Shown: piece after piece, positions 12,436-26,500 of the stretch
Layout of the letters: each line of letters opens with the position of its first letter
Position numbering within the stretch: the stretch's first letter is position 1
DNA from: Paragordius varius
Lineage: Eukaryota; Animalia; Nematomorpha
Assembly: GCA_964247055.1 (NCBI GenBank)
Contig: OZ176054.1
Coordinates: 10,416,001-10,480,000, forward strand
Direction of reading: 5' to 3'
Length of the DNA stretch: 64,000 bases
Position numbers and translations under genes: made by a program
The notes under the pieces: generated by a model
What the model was told of the DNA's origin: nothing
Seen by the model: the letters and a program-made list of their open reading frames with translations, nothing else
Databases searched by the model: none

Positions 12436-14912
12436 CTATAATTTTATTGAGAAATGGCGGCTATTAGCAATTTTTTAATGCTAGAGACCTGTAAATTGAT
12501 CCCAGTTTTTCAAAATAAAATTACAAACTGCCAAAATTAGCTCTCGTTACTATGTTAAAAAATAAATAAATTTTGAGCTTTCTGTTTCAACAAATATATT
12601 AAATGTAACCAACAATGCTATTTTTAATATAGAATGTGAGCCAATATTCAATACGATCTATACAGATATAATAATAAAAAATAATTTAAAGAGTGTTTTT
12701 ATGCTAATATAGAATTTTTTTAATAGATGTGTTACGCTAAAAATAGTTATGGTAAAGAGCTCCCTCTGACTGTTAACTTATTATTATCTGTACTAGTATA
12801 GTAAAATAATCTAAAAATAAATATTAACCATAAAATATCAATAAACATTAAAAAACCTAAATTTTTTAACTTTTGACTCATATATATTTTTTGGATTATT
12901 TAAGACAAAAAATTTTATATTATACATATTTAGACTATTCCAATGCATTTTTCGCACATTTTCTATATAAGTTTAATAATTTTTCCCATCATCGCTTCCC
13001 GCCATTACTCGACAAGTATATATATAATTATAAATTCATGTTATAAACTTTATTTAGGTGGTTATCAGAAAAATTTAAAATCAAATCATTCTTTGAACTC
13101 TCTATTTAAATTGAAATAATAAAACATTAAAATAAAAAAGTCATTTATGGAAAATCGATTTTTACAATTTGCAAACGCGTGTTAAAACATGCAAAATAAT
13201 TAGGTGTCTTATAAAAAAGATTTCTATAAAGTCATAAATATTTATAATTAATTAATTCTAGAAAAAAATTATATTCGATATTATATTTTTGTTAATATAT
13301 ATTTAAATATATTTATCAAATAAAATATAATATTCCCACCTAATGTTAAGAAAATATATATTTATAGTTTCACAAATATTATTAAGATTTGTAAAAATAT
13401 ATATCTAGCCAGCAATGCTCGATAGCAAACATTATGACTTTTAATTGCAATGGTAGGCTAATAATAATAATCGCCGTTTATGTTATTATTATTATTAATA
13501 TAAAGATGGCGTTTTCCGCCTTAAAATTAATTGTATAATATGTAGAGTAACGTTTTAAATTTAAGAATAAATGATTTTTTTTCAATTATTGGGAAATTTT
13601 TTATTTTGTTAAGAACAGGGCTGTTCAACAGTTGATTTTAAAGCCAATTGTAGCTTATTGAAAATTTTGAATGGCTCTTTAAGAATTTTGAAAAAAAACT
13701 TTTCTTTGCAAAAAGTTTAATTTTTGAGTGATGATGAAATTTTTAAAATTTATCTTAAAAGGCAAAAATTTTAAATTGATTCCCAAAATTTCCATATTAC
13801 AATCTGCAAATCTTAAAATACTTGCCACGGGTAACCTTTTTTTTGGTAGTTATTAGGTGAAAAAACCGTGTTTCTGGAAACTACAGCTTTTTAATATAAC
13901 AATATCCATATTATTAGAGTTAGTTATTACGTTTTTGAATAAATTTGCAATCGTAAACTTTTTTGACATTTTTCAAAATATCTTGGGGTGGGGAGCATTA
14001 AAAAATTATTTTAAAGTCACATATAACTCTTAATGTTGATCGTCAATGTTTTATGTGGATTTTTCGTATATTTTTAAATATTTAATTTTACTATATTTAA
14101 AGGGATTTAGTAAAAGCTATATATCGGGATTAATGATTTTAGATATTTAAAGCTTTTTTACATTATTATAGTATGTTATTATGATATCAATTTCTACAAA
14201 TGATTAATTTTCTCAGATATTTAATTTTACAACCTTAATCCATTCGTCCAATCCTCTCTATAATTACTCTGCCAGAGAAAAATATTAATTTAATTTATTG
14301 TGTCAAATACATTTATTAAAATAATGTCACCAATTTGATATCAATAATTTTTAATAGATCTTTAAATTATTAAGGCTTAATTATATAAAAATAACTGCCC
14401 ATCGCATGGGTCATCTTAAAGGAATATATCAAATCTAGGTGAAACAAGTAGTGCAATTTTATATTGATTTTTATTTAAACGTCGGATTTTATTTTAATAC
14501 AATTATTAAAGATATCTAGGCAGCCATACATAGATTTGTGATATAGTCTTTAAAATATTTGAGAATTGTATAAAACATAGTTCTGGAGGAATTTAAGTGG
14601 GGTAAGTTTAAGAATGAATTGGGATATGTAATATGTTTGTGCTTTCATGGTAGATATAATTAAAAAATTAAGTTTTGTCATGCATTTAATAATTTTAACA
14701 CATATTAGTACATTTTTACTAGTTGTTATTTGTATAAAATTAACACATCTCTAGATGTCTATGTAATAAATTTATTTTATACTTATGTCTTGATATATAT
14801 TAATTCAAATGTGGCTATTCTAGCCAATTATGTTGGACACTCCTAGTTTAAAAGTTGCATTGGTAGTATATTAATAATTACATGCACATATATATATATA
14901 TATATATATATA

Positions 14913-15094
14913 CAGTTTTTATCGTTAAATGGGTATAAATATTTGGTACAAGAGCTCTCTGGTAATTCTTATATTTTTGGAGGAATATGATATTGCAATA
15001 CTATAAAGCTCTTATTTTTTCCATTCTTTACCTAATATTTATGCCCATTTAACGAAAAAAATGAATCTTTGATAAAATAAATTATACATGACTG
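14913..15094. mobile_element. Palindromic Tc1/mariner-type MITE (CAGTCATGTA family), internally deleted copy
   Basis: Homologous to 55194-55420 and 56956-57190; TA-flanked; right end ATACATGACTG-TA. Confidence 0.75.
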
Positions 15095-15413
15095 TATTTA
15101 TGTATATAGCAGTGGTATTCAAACCGCGGCCCTAAGAGTAATTTAAAATTGCCCTATGACCTTATGATATCTAAATTATTTTTTTTATTGATGAATTTTA
15201 TAAGAATACCTAAAAGAATTTTCGCTTATTTTAATATTAATTTATTTTCTTTTTGAATTTAATTTTAGTAATTTTTATTTTTTACCCAATTTGAAATGCA
15301 GAAAAATTTCCCTATATTAAAATGATTTCAAAATTTTGGCAAAGTTTTCTTTTACTATATTCTATTTTCTTTTCTATTTTGAAATTTTTATTGCATTCCT
15401 TTTTTGAATTTAA

Positions 15414-15992
15414 CACTTAGATACAACACACTCATTTTAGTCCTTCGATTCAAATTGGGGTAGTTAGATACCCCAGGCCTGTTTAAAATCAAATACTTCA
15501 AAAAGTATGGAAGCAATCGAAACTATGGCAAAATTTTGCACTTATATAACATTAATAAACCGAAATATATAAAAAAATTTATTTAAAAATACTTGATATT
15601 ATACTTATTTTGAGCTAAAACTGAAAGGTAAAAATTTAGTCAACGTTACATGTGTCAAATTGTAAAATTAAAAACTAATACAAAATAAACCGCTTTTTCT
15701 ATTTCTATCAATGTTAGATGTAATTTATATAAAAATTAAGCCTTTAGTTTTACCCTTAAAGTTAAATGAAGACGATATTTTGCAAAATTTTTGTAAAATA
15801 AAAATGTCGTCGAAGTAGTTTATGGAACTTTTTTTTCAAAACAAAATTTTATCAAGATATTTTGGCATATTTATATAATATTTATCAGGTTGAAGCAAAT
15901 TTAAATTGGGACCGTTTCCTTCAGTAGTTTTTTAAAAATTTTAATTTAAATTTAGTCTAGGGTATTTAGATACCCCAATTTGAATCGAAGTG
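15414..15992 (+). mobile_element. piggyBac-type MITE, copy 1
   Basis: TTAA on both sides; ends CACTT...AAGTG; internal repeat CTTCGATTCAAATTGGGGTA sits ~30 nt in from one end but abuts the other (asymmetric spacing typical of piggyBac). Confidence 0.82.
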
Positions 15993-16377
15993 TTAAGCAA
16001 GGTTTAAAATTATTTAAATACTTAATTTTCATGTAAACGAATAAATTTTAAATAATTTTATTGGAATGCTTCATAAAAAGTAAGCAAAATCAGAACAATT
16101 GGTACATTTGTATAATTTTTGAGTACCGAGAAGAGATATATTGTAAAGATGTAATCAATGCTATTGGCGAAGTTCTATATAAATATATTTAATGTAAATT
16201 ATTGCGATACTACCGAGGCAACAGGCTACTTTTTAACAAAATAAAAATTATTATACATATTAAAAATTTATACAGTATAATTTTGTTTACTCATGTTATT
16301 ATTGTGATACCAACGGTAACTTTTAAACAAAATAAAAAATTGTCATCGATATAAACAAAAATTACATAGTGTTAAAT

Positions 16378-17831
16378 TAATGTGACCAGATATTTTGAAA
16401 TTGGACGCAGTACAAATGCCTGTTTTTACACCATCGGTGTGGTATATTACCCAGTTTCACGTAAAAAAATTTCTGATGAAATATATATATTCTGATAGGA
16501 AAATATTACGATTATTATTTTGGTTTAACCTTATTTCGTTTTTAAAGAAAGTTTTTATACTTTTGTAGTAAGTGCTCCGTCTAAATTGCAAAAGGTGCGC
16601 AATTTTTTTAAAATATATTTTGTGGTTAAAGCTTAATGCTTTATTTCATAAAAAATCACTAAATATACCATGAACATATATATTGCAAAACAATAAAATT
16701 TTAGATGTGGGCTCTGAAAGTCCCAATTTTTTTGGCTCTTTTGTTCTAAAAATACACGCAAAAATTCTGACATTGTGCAATAATTTTGTTTATATACTAA
16801 ATTTTGATATCAACTAAATACATTTAAAAAAATACATACTTTTAAAACTTTATTTTGGTAAAGCATACTTCATACTATTTTTAGCATGATGGAAAAGATA
16901 TGAACGGTTGAAATGTTATAAAACTTTATATATATAATTAAATGTTATACATTTTGTACACTCAGAATTTTAATTAGATTATTTGTTCGTTTTCAAATTT
17001 TTAACTAACAAAAATTGTGTTTTTTCACAAATTCTCCAAAATTTGCATACAAACAAGCCTTTAAATTAAAATTCTCAACCTATAGTAATGTTCTACAATC
17101 TACATCATCGAGTTATTTAGAAAAAGGCTTTTATTATAATAATTTTTCCACTTCAAAATATTTTGACACGCTTCAACAAAATATCTCAAATTTGTTTATG
17201 CAAAAAATAAGAAAACTAATAAAAATTAAAGTTTAGGAATAAAATTAATAAATATCATACGTCCCACCATGTGAGTGTAGAAAACGTAAAAAAACTCGTA
17301 ATTACGACAAAAAGGTTTTTTGAAAAAATATGCCTATATAATAAATTTTAAGTAATATGTTACGAGAATACAATATTTATATAATTTTCCATAACAAAAA
17401 ATGAAATTTCGAAACTTTATTAAACATTTATGAAAATATCATAAATTATTTTATTTTTTTAAATTTTGAGGCACCTCATCCTGAGTGAAATAGCCATTAG
17501 TCTGAATCTTACTAGGTGAAGTCCATTTCGCCACTGAGCGAAAGGCTGCAATCTTTTTTGTATAATTAGAGCCGAAAATAAAATATTAACCAATTAAAAT
17601 TGCCCCGATCTTGTTTTTTTACAGCAAATTTCTTTACAAATTATGGATTTATTTTAACATAGGCTACTATATCAAATTCTAAAATAATTTTTTTATATAA
17701 AAGAATTAATATATATTTATAAAAATTAATTTATATTTTTTTTCAAAAAGCAGTACAAAACGCAGTACAGACGCAGTTTTTTTCTGAAAATCCATACTGT
17801 ATTGCGAAAAACAGCCTATCTGGCCACATTA
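16378..17831 (-). mobile_element. Non-autonomous hAT element (TAATGTGACCA termini), copy B, inverted relative to copy A
   Basis: TIRs TAATGTGACCAGATA / TATCTGGCCACATTA; 7-bp duplication GTTAAAT; ~110-bp end blocks match the ends of 11818-12435 in opposite orientation. Confidence 0.82.
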
Positions 17832-18628
17832 GTTAAATATTATCATTTTCTGTTTTAGTTCATTTATAACATTATTTTATTAATGAGTTGATTTTTGTTA
17901 AAAAATTTCCTATTAACTTTTAGTTATATTATTAGTAATATGCCATCTACTTATTGATAGTATAATCACGTATGACTAATAAAATTCGGTTTTTTACAGC
18001 ACATTGTAAAAAACATAAAGATCGAAGTTAGCCTAATTTATTCAATACATCAATGGACTAAGACAAAGATATCACAAATATCTTGTTAGTTAATATCATA
18101 TTCATGATTATACGATTTTTAATGAAAAAACGAACATATTTTAGAAAACGAACTAATATGTGAACATTTCTGATCAATAGTAATCGAGTTTCGGGCTTGT
18201 TATTATTTGGAAACATATGTTTTATTTTTGTCTACAGCTTTCAAATAATTTAATGAAAATCTTAGCCAAATCAAAATTTTAAATTCTTTTGATGGTCTTG
18301 TTAAAGTTCGAGCGAAAAATATATTTACCAATAACTTATGAAAAAAATGGTTAAAATTAAAATTATAAAATTATATTTTTAATTTCCTGCTTAATTTTGC
18401 CTTAAATGAAAGCAAGAAATCTTAAGGTCGTCAGTGACCCAATTCATATCGAGTACATGTAAGTATTTACATTTAAATGGTAATACCCCAACGAAATTGT
18501 TAATCAAAAATTTAGGGTACCAAGTGATCGATTCCTATTCAAAGCCCTAATATTTAATTTTCTAATTCCTTTTACAAAGAAAAATGAAAAAATATATAAT
18601 TAATTATAAAATTTTCTTTTTTAATTAG

Positions 18629-21600
18629 GCGAACCGATCTTAAGCAATGTGTCCAACAAGATGGTAATACTAAATCCGCTAGAAGGTGGTTTTTCGAATT
18701 CATTGTTCAGATAAAATCATTGTTTTGAAAGATAATATATATATTTATATCTAAAATTATATCCGATCTCAATGAAACCACGAAAGAATCAAGTTTAGAG
18801 AAAAAAAATTATATTTTATTGCATTATTTAAGATTCTAAAATTGAATGACATCAATTTATACCCGTACACACAATTGATTGAATTAAAAAACAATATATC
18901 CTTTTTAAGAATTATACAGATAACACGTATAACTAAAAGATAAGTAATTATTAAAGACAACTAACTTATTATATTTGAATATATGTGATTGATAGTGCGA
19001 CTAATTTATATCTCTGGTTTATATTTTGCAGATTAAAATAACGGGTTATAAGCAATCAAGTGATTTTAGAGTAGGGGTCGGTCCTTAAAAAAAATAATAT
19101 ATTTATTATTTTTAAATTTTAACTGTAATTTTAATTCTTAGAACTTTAGGTTAAAAAATTATTAAAATTTACAAAACAATGACAAGACACCAAAATATCT
19201 CATTTTTTACTTTTGTTTATTATAATCCTAATAATTTAGATCCATTGAATATTAACGAAACGTATAACCAAATTATAATGCCTAATTCCTTGGACGGTAT
19301 ATTATAAAATTTGTTTTTAGTAATAAAAAATATGTATGGACAAAATATACTTTTACAAAAATTAGTTATTAAGTTAGATAACTCTGAATTAAAATTTAAA
19401 GAATGTGTTAGGTTGATAAGATTTTTTTAAACGGTTTCATCTCGGGAAATGGCCGATATTTGGATGATTTCGTATTTAAAGTTCAAAAATTTGATTGGAC
19501 CTAGTGGTTTTTAGATGAATTTATTTATATTTGCCGCATATCATCAAACATTGCCAAACAAGTTCCTTTTCAAGTTCTTCTATATGTTTTAATTTTTAAA
19601 TCCTGCTCATATATACCATTTGCACTCAAGAGTGTCCTTAAACACTTCAAGTTGGTCCTTAAGATTTTTACATGTATTTTTTTATTTAATTATTTTTTAA
19701 CCTAATTTTCTTCATATTTCTTCATTTAAAAATTAAAAATTTTACTGGGAAACCACTTTTTTATTTTGATTAATTTTTTCTATTTAACAAAATATTAACT
19801 TTTAAATGTTAATGAATGAAAAATTCTAAATAATAACTTAGAAAACTTATATATTTTTTAATTGGGTCTTAAAATCTTATATATATCCAAAATAATTTTA
19901 AGAAATTAATAAAGTTATACGGTTTTTCAATGAATAAAAGTTGATATTGATTTAAAATTTATGTTAAATAATAGAAAATAGGTTAAAAACGATAAGATAG
20001 ATGAATAATTGATTTAATTTATAAAAGTTAAAAATATAAAAAAAACGTCAAATTACCAACTTGAAGTATTCAAGGACCAACTTTTAATGTTCAAGGACAA
20101 ACTTGAACTGTTCCAGGACCAACTTGAAATGTTCAAGGACACTCTTGAAATGAAAGGACACTCTTGAAGTGCAAATGGTGTATCAGTAATGCCCTTTGTT
20201 TAAATCAGAGGTGTCCAACACCACCCGCGCGTATGCGGCCCCTCGAAATATTTCTACAGCCCGCAAAAAATGTCATCTAGTATAAAGTTTTACGAAAACT
20301 AATTAAAAATTATTTTTAAATAAATTTCCTGAATTTTGGCAACGAACTTGTAAAATTTGTTAAAATAAATTATAATTTTTACAGTCCTATGTTAAATCTA
20401 ATAAAATATATGCGTGTGCGGCTACTCGCCAGTTTTTTTGGACCTTAATACGGTCCGCAAAGCCATTTATCGAGGACAATCTAATCTAAATGATCAATTT
20501 TAAAATTTTAGCGCCTTCAACCGAAAAATTGACTTCTAAATGAGAAAGAAATATATTTGTAAACGTACAAAAGTGATTAAAAATTGAAATAACGGTTTTA
20601 GGTTTGATAATTTTATATCTTTTTTAAATTAATATTCAATATTTTAATTTTAGAGTTTGAACCTCCAATTTACGTTAATAAGACAGAATTAGAAGCGCTA
20701 TCTCACTCAAACCAAGGTTACTTTAAATACAATATAATCAAACATATTCATATCAATTCTGTAATATACTATTTTACAATACCAATCTTAACTATGTTGA
20801 TTTAAAAAAATAGGGTTGCTTAGTTTTCAGCTAGTATTTTAGATGTTAATTTTTAGTTTAATGTCATAATTTTTACTACTTATTAACGATTGCATTTATA
20901 CCATAACAATTTTTTACATATAATATATTTGAAAAAGGTATGACCCTAATCAAATAATTATGTCTTCATAAATTTAAACTCTAATTTAAAAATTAATAAG
21001 TAAGATACAATCTGTCTTAGCTAAAACATTATAACTAGACGTTTTTTTGTATACTATAAAATTCTTGAAACCTAGTTTATAAAACTGTAATTTATGGTTG
21101 AGATTTTAAATATTATTTTAAAAAGTTAATTGCGGCTTGTTGCCTTAAGCACACAGTGATCAAAACAAACATTTTGTCGCCTTATTTATTATTATTCGGG
21201 CATATAGGTATCTTAATTTTTTATATAGGAAACGTGCTTAATTATAAACGTATTAGGTTAAATTTAATCAACTTTTAAAACATTATACTATAGGCTCATA
21301 TATTCAGAAGAGAAATTTTTAAAATTTAATCTGTAACTTGTCAAATTATATTGAAAGGGCATATATTGTTGGTATTATAAAATTGAATAGCATTTATATA
21401 ACCACTATGAGTGTAAGCATAACTATGTCTAAAAATATGAAAGCCAGGGAGATTCCAGATGTTCAAGCAGGATTGAATGGGCATAACACAAGAGATCACA
21501 TCTCGATTACATCCAAGCTTTTGACTCGATTAACCATGCCCATTTATGGCGAAGTTTGGAAGCAATGGGAGTTACAGCAAAGCTTATAACCTTGCTCAAG

Positions 21601-23522
21601 AATTTGAGAGCCATAATACTAACCCCAGTGGGCAGAACCAACGAAATTTTAATACAGAAAGGTGTTAGACAAGGATGTTGCACATGTTTAATATTTGTTC
21701 AGAAATGAACATGAAAAAAGTAGATGATGCCACTGAAAGCCTAAGGATAGAAGGGAAAAGGATTAAAAATCTAAGATTCGCAGATGACACGACTCTGATC
21801 GCCGATAATGTAAAAAGTTTAAAGAATATGATAAGGTTAGTAGAAGAAGAAAGTAAAATATATGGATTTATTGAACCTCAATCCGAAGAAAACCAAAATT
21901 ATGAGTTTATTAGAAAATAAACCTAATATTACCATAGACGACAGTCCAGTAGAAGCAGTAAATAAAATCTTATACTTAGGCTCTCTAATAGATATAAACA
22001 GCTCCTCCACGCCAGATAGTAAACGCCGCATAGCATTAGGGAAGTCAGCTGGGAACAAGTTGACTAAATTATGAAGTAAAGATATCACTACAAAAAGAGA
22101 GTAATGAAATGCATGGTTTTTCCGGTTGTTACTTATGCTGCCGAAAGTTGGACACTAAAACAGAATGATAAAAAAAGGAGGGCAGCATCTAAAATCAGGT
22201 GTCTCACAAGGTTAAGAATTACTCTTATTGAGAGTCACTTAATGGAAGCTATAATATAAAGAAAGTTCATATATATTGGTCACATTCTAAGAAGTACATC
22301 TCTTGAGAAGGATTTGATTTATGGAAAAGTTGAAGGGATAAGGATAAAAGGAAGATCAATGTTAAGATGGCTGGATACTGTAAAAAAGGAAACTGCTAGA
22401 TGTATAAGGGAATTGGAAGAAATAGCATGGGAAAGAGAGAAGTGGAGAGAGCTCGTCATTTTAATTTCCAAGGGGTCGAACTTGACTTAAGGAGCTAACT
22501 ACCATTATAATTCACATTGAAAAAAACAGAAAGGACAAAGTTAGCCTATTTTAAACACCAATGAACTAAGACTAATATATTACAAATATCTGTAATAAGT
22601 ATTGACATATATTCACATATACCATTTTAAATGAAAAAAACGAACATATATTGAAGAAAACGAACTGATATGTGAACATTTCTCAACAATAGTAATCGAG
22701 TTTCGGGCCTGTTAATGATTGGGAACAAATGTTTTATTTTTGACAACAGCTTTCAAATAATCACTATTTTTGCTGGTCTCAAAGTTAAATAGGAAATACA
22801 TTCACCAACAACTTATTAAAGAAATGGTTTAAAATAAAAATAATCAAATTTTACTCAATTTCCTGCTTAAATTTTGCGTTGGAATGAAAACAAAAAATAA
22901 GAATTATCAGTGTTTCATGAAAGTATGATTGCTAACTTCTGAAACGATAATTTATAAAAACTTACTTTTAATAAACCTAAGGTCGTTCGTGACTTAATAC
23001 ATATTGACGACATGAAAAAATGATTTGCATATAAATGGTAATACCCCAACGAAACTGATTAAAATTAAGGGTGCCAAGTGATCGATTCCTATACAAAGCT
23101 CTAATATTTAATTTTCTAATTCCTTTTGAAAAGAAAAATGAAAAATATATATTAAAGAAATTTTCTTTTTTTTATTTAGACGAACCTAACATAGGCAATA
23201 CGTCCAACAATATTGTAATACTAAATCCGTTAGGTAGGTTTTCAAATTCATTGTTAAAATTAAATCACTATATTGAAAAATAATACATATGCCTATGTAT
23301 ATCCATAGAAAAATCGCCTCTCATCTATAAAAATATATCCGATCTCGATGTAACCATTGCGAAAGAATCAAGTAAAAATTTGAGGAAATTATGTTTTATT
23401 GCATTTTAAGATTATTTAACGACATTTGGTTATCACAATTAATTAAATTTAAAAAACAATATTGTCCCTTTTTACAAATTATACAGATAACACGTAGAAC
23501 TAAAATACAACTAATTATTAAT

Positions 23523-23571
<49 letters not shown>

Positions 23572-26500
23572 TAATAGTGTTTCAATTTATATATATATGG
23601 TTCATATTTTTAACGAGTTATAAACATTCAAGTGGTTTTAGAATAGCGGGCTTTTAAAAAAATATTCTTCTTTATGTTTTTAAGTTTAACTGTATAATTT
23701 AAATTTTTAAAACTTTAGTTTAAAAAATATATTATGTAAATGAAAATGGTAAAATTTTGCAAAACAATGACAAGACACCAAAATATCTCGATTTTTATAT
23801 TATTTATTTTAATTCCTAATAATTTAGATCCATTGAATATCAACAAAACGGACCCCCAAATTAAAATGCTTAATCCCATGAACGGTATATAAATTTGTTT
23901 TTTGTGATAATAATACTATATTATTTAAGTTGTTTAGTTTAATTATCGTTAGGTTAATTTTCGCGGTTTCTTAGACGAGATATTAATTTGTGATACATGC
24001 GGTGATAAACATACATAAAAATCATTATCAAGTATCGAGTCTTAAGAATTTTTGTGCATATGATGTCAGAATCACTCAATAATACGGAATATAATTATGT
24101 ATATATATGTTAATTTAGAAAACAGATTATATGCTTATTTAGGAGAGGCAATTAGTGAAAATAAAATTAACCCTTATGAATCATCAAAAGTTTAATAGAT
24201 CTTTGAAATTTTATCTCGGGAAAGCGCCGATTTTGAATGATTTCGTTACTTGACATTTTAAAAATTTGATATCATTTGGTATTTTTTGAATAAAATCTTC
24301 TATTTTAATGTATTTGCCGCCTATAATCAAACATTGCCAAACCATTTCTTTTTCTAGTTTTTTGGTTTAATCCGGCTCATATATAAAGTTATGCCTTTAG
24401 CGCATTCCGTTCATCTAATTAATTCTACAGCCCGCAAGAATTTTGTAATATAAAACTAATTTTACGAAACCTCATTTAAACTTAAAAACATTCATTTTTG
24501 GAATAAGTTTTTCCGAATTTTACCAATGAATGAACTAGCAAAAATTGTTAAAATAAATTGTAATTTTTCCAGTCTTATGTTAAATCTAATAAAATATTTG
24601 TGCCCATATATTTTGCGAATGCGGCTCGCCAGATTTCTTGATCCAAAAACAGACACCCCTATAAAGGATCAATTTGAGATGTTTTAAGACCCCTTCAAGA
24701 AAAAAAATGATTTCTAGGCATGATTAATTTTTTAAAATTTGAAAGAAATATATTATTAAACGTAGGGAAAAGTGATTAAATATTAATAGGGTTTTAGGTA
24801 TGATGATTTTATATGTTTTAATATTTTCATTCTTGATTTATTTATTATAGAAAATGAACCTCCAATTTACGTGGATATGACAGAAACATGGCCATCCATA
24901 TCAAATCAAGGTTACTAGTCTAATATAATCAATCATACAGATCTATTCTGTAATAAACCATTTCACTATACCAATCTTACCTTAAGTTAGTTTTTTAAAA
25001 ATAGAGCTGCTTAGTTATTAAATTAGATACGTAATTATAAAATCGAAATCAATGTTTAAATTTTTTCCATAAATTTCAATGCTGAATTGCTATTACCAAC
25101 TGCTTTTTTTCATATATAAGGGACCCCCCTAATCAAAAATTATGTCCTTACAATAAACTATAATTTCAAATTTAATAAGTAAGATACATTTCTTAGCTAA
25201 AACATTATATCTGGACGTTTTTTGTATTCTATAAAATTGTTGGAAAACCTAAAACTGTAAAACTATTGTTGAGATGTGTTGAAATATTGTTTAAAAAAAG
25301 TTATGCTCCTTGTCCAGCACACTGTGATCCCAAAACAAACATGTTGCCATATTTAAGTGTCATATTTAGGGTGCATGAGTATTTTATTAATATTTTAATG
25401 GCGGGAAAAGTGCTTCGGGAGTTATATAACCTATTAAGGTTAAACTCATTCAACTTTTAAAACATTATACTATAAGCTGATATAAGGCATTTTTAAAATT
25501 TAATTTATGTAAAAACTTTTCAAATTATAGCTATCGAGGGGGCCTATTTTGATATTAATATTAAGTAGCATTTATATAACCATAACCAGTGCTACAACCT
25601 GTAGATAATTATGTGTAAAAAATAAGTAACTAATTCGATTAACTAATAAGCATACCAATTAATAAAATGTAAAAATTACAAGAAAAATTAATCAGCTGTT
25701 CGGCACGTTTTTTGGGCGTTTTATATGTTAAAAGTAATTCCAGCATTTCCGTAAAAAATCTCCCATTTAGTCAGATCAAAAATTTCAACACACTATATTT
25801 TTATGCTAACAAATATAATTATAATAAGGATTTTATCTAACACAACCTTTTCTATATTGATGGCAAAGATGTGATTTTAGATTAAGGATTCGTGTTATAA
25901 AGGGTGCTTTAGAAAATTTAATGCTATGTTTGCTCTAACTAGCGTTTATTAAAAACATTATATATATACTGCTAAAATATTTAAGATTTACTCTTTATTA
26001 TCATTTTATAATCTTTCCCTATTTTGTATACAATGACATTTTGGGGTAATATACCATTTGCACTTCAAGAGTGTCCTTGAACACTTCAAGTTGGTCCTTG
26101 AACATTTCAAGTTGATCCTTGAACACTTCAAGTTGGTCATTGAAGAGTTTAAGTTGGTCCTTGAACACCTCAGGTTAATCCCTGAACAGTTTAAGTTGGT
26201 CCTTGAACATTTTAAGTTGGTCCTTGAACACTTAGAGTTTGACCTTAAAATTTATAATTTTGATTTAACCATAATTTTTGCATTTATTTTTTTATTTTAT
26301 TATTTATTAACCTAGTTTTCTTTATTTATTAAATATTTATTTAAAAATAAATTTTTTTAATTGAAAAACTACTTTTTTGTTTCAAACTATTTTTTTTGCA
26401 ATCGAACAAAATTATTGACTTTTAAATGTTTTTAATGAAAAATTTTAATTAATAACCCAGAAAACTTATATATTTTTTCATTTCGTGTTAAAATCTTATA

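Larger units (their letters stand above)
18000..25620 (+). repeat. Direct segmental duplication (~18000-21440 vs ~22513-25620) separated by an RTE fragment
   Basis: Collinear blocks at ~4.2-4.6 kb offset (e.g. ATCGAGTTTCGGGC 18184/22695; CCAAGTGATCGATTCCTA 18519/23075; ATGACAAGACACCAAAATATCTC 19179/23767; GAACCTCCAATTTACGT 20659/24856). Confidence 0.9.

Noticed and set aside
12454-12490. Candidate first exon AAATGGCGGC... MAAISNFLMLET|gtaaat (phase 1)
   Set aside because: Good start context and correct phase, but 6 kb from the next exon with nothing linking it; needs cDNA.
18145-18198. ENEL..-type 54-nt symmetric exon (open paralogue at 22657-22710) and 27-nt candidate at 18000-18026
   Set aside because: Each is open in only one duplicate and has a stop in the other, with weak splice sites; left out of the gene model though they may be further decaying cassettes.
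19614-20180. Short regularly spaced repeats suggestive of a CRISPR array
   Set aside because: Repeats are contiguous with no unique spacers, arranged as inverted arms, in a eukaryotic context with no cas genes.
23740-23884. Apparent signal-peptide first exon MTRHQNISIFILFILIPNNLDP (paralogue at 19179)
   Set aside because: The 3' 57 nt has its own acceptor (tttag|) and is a paralogue of the internal module exon. The hydrophobic part is T-rich intron-like sequence whose translation is not conserved in the duplicate (FFTFVYYN). Not excluded, but unsupported.
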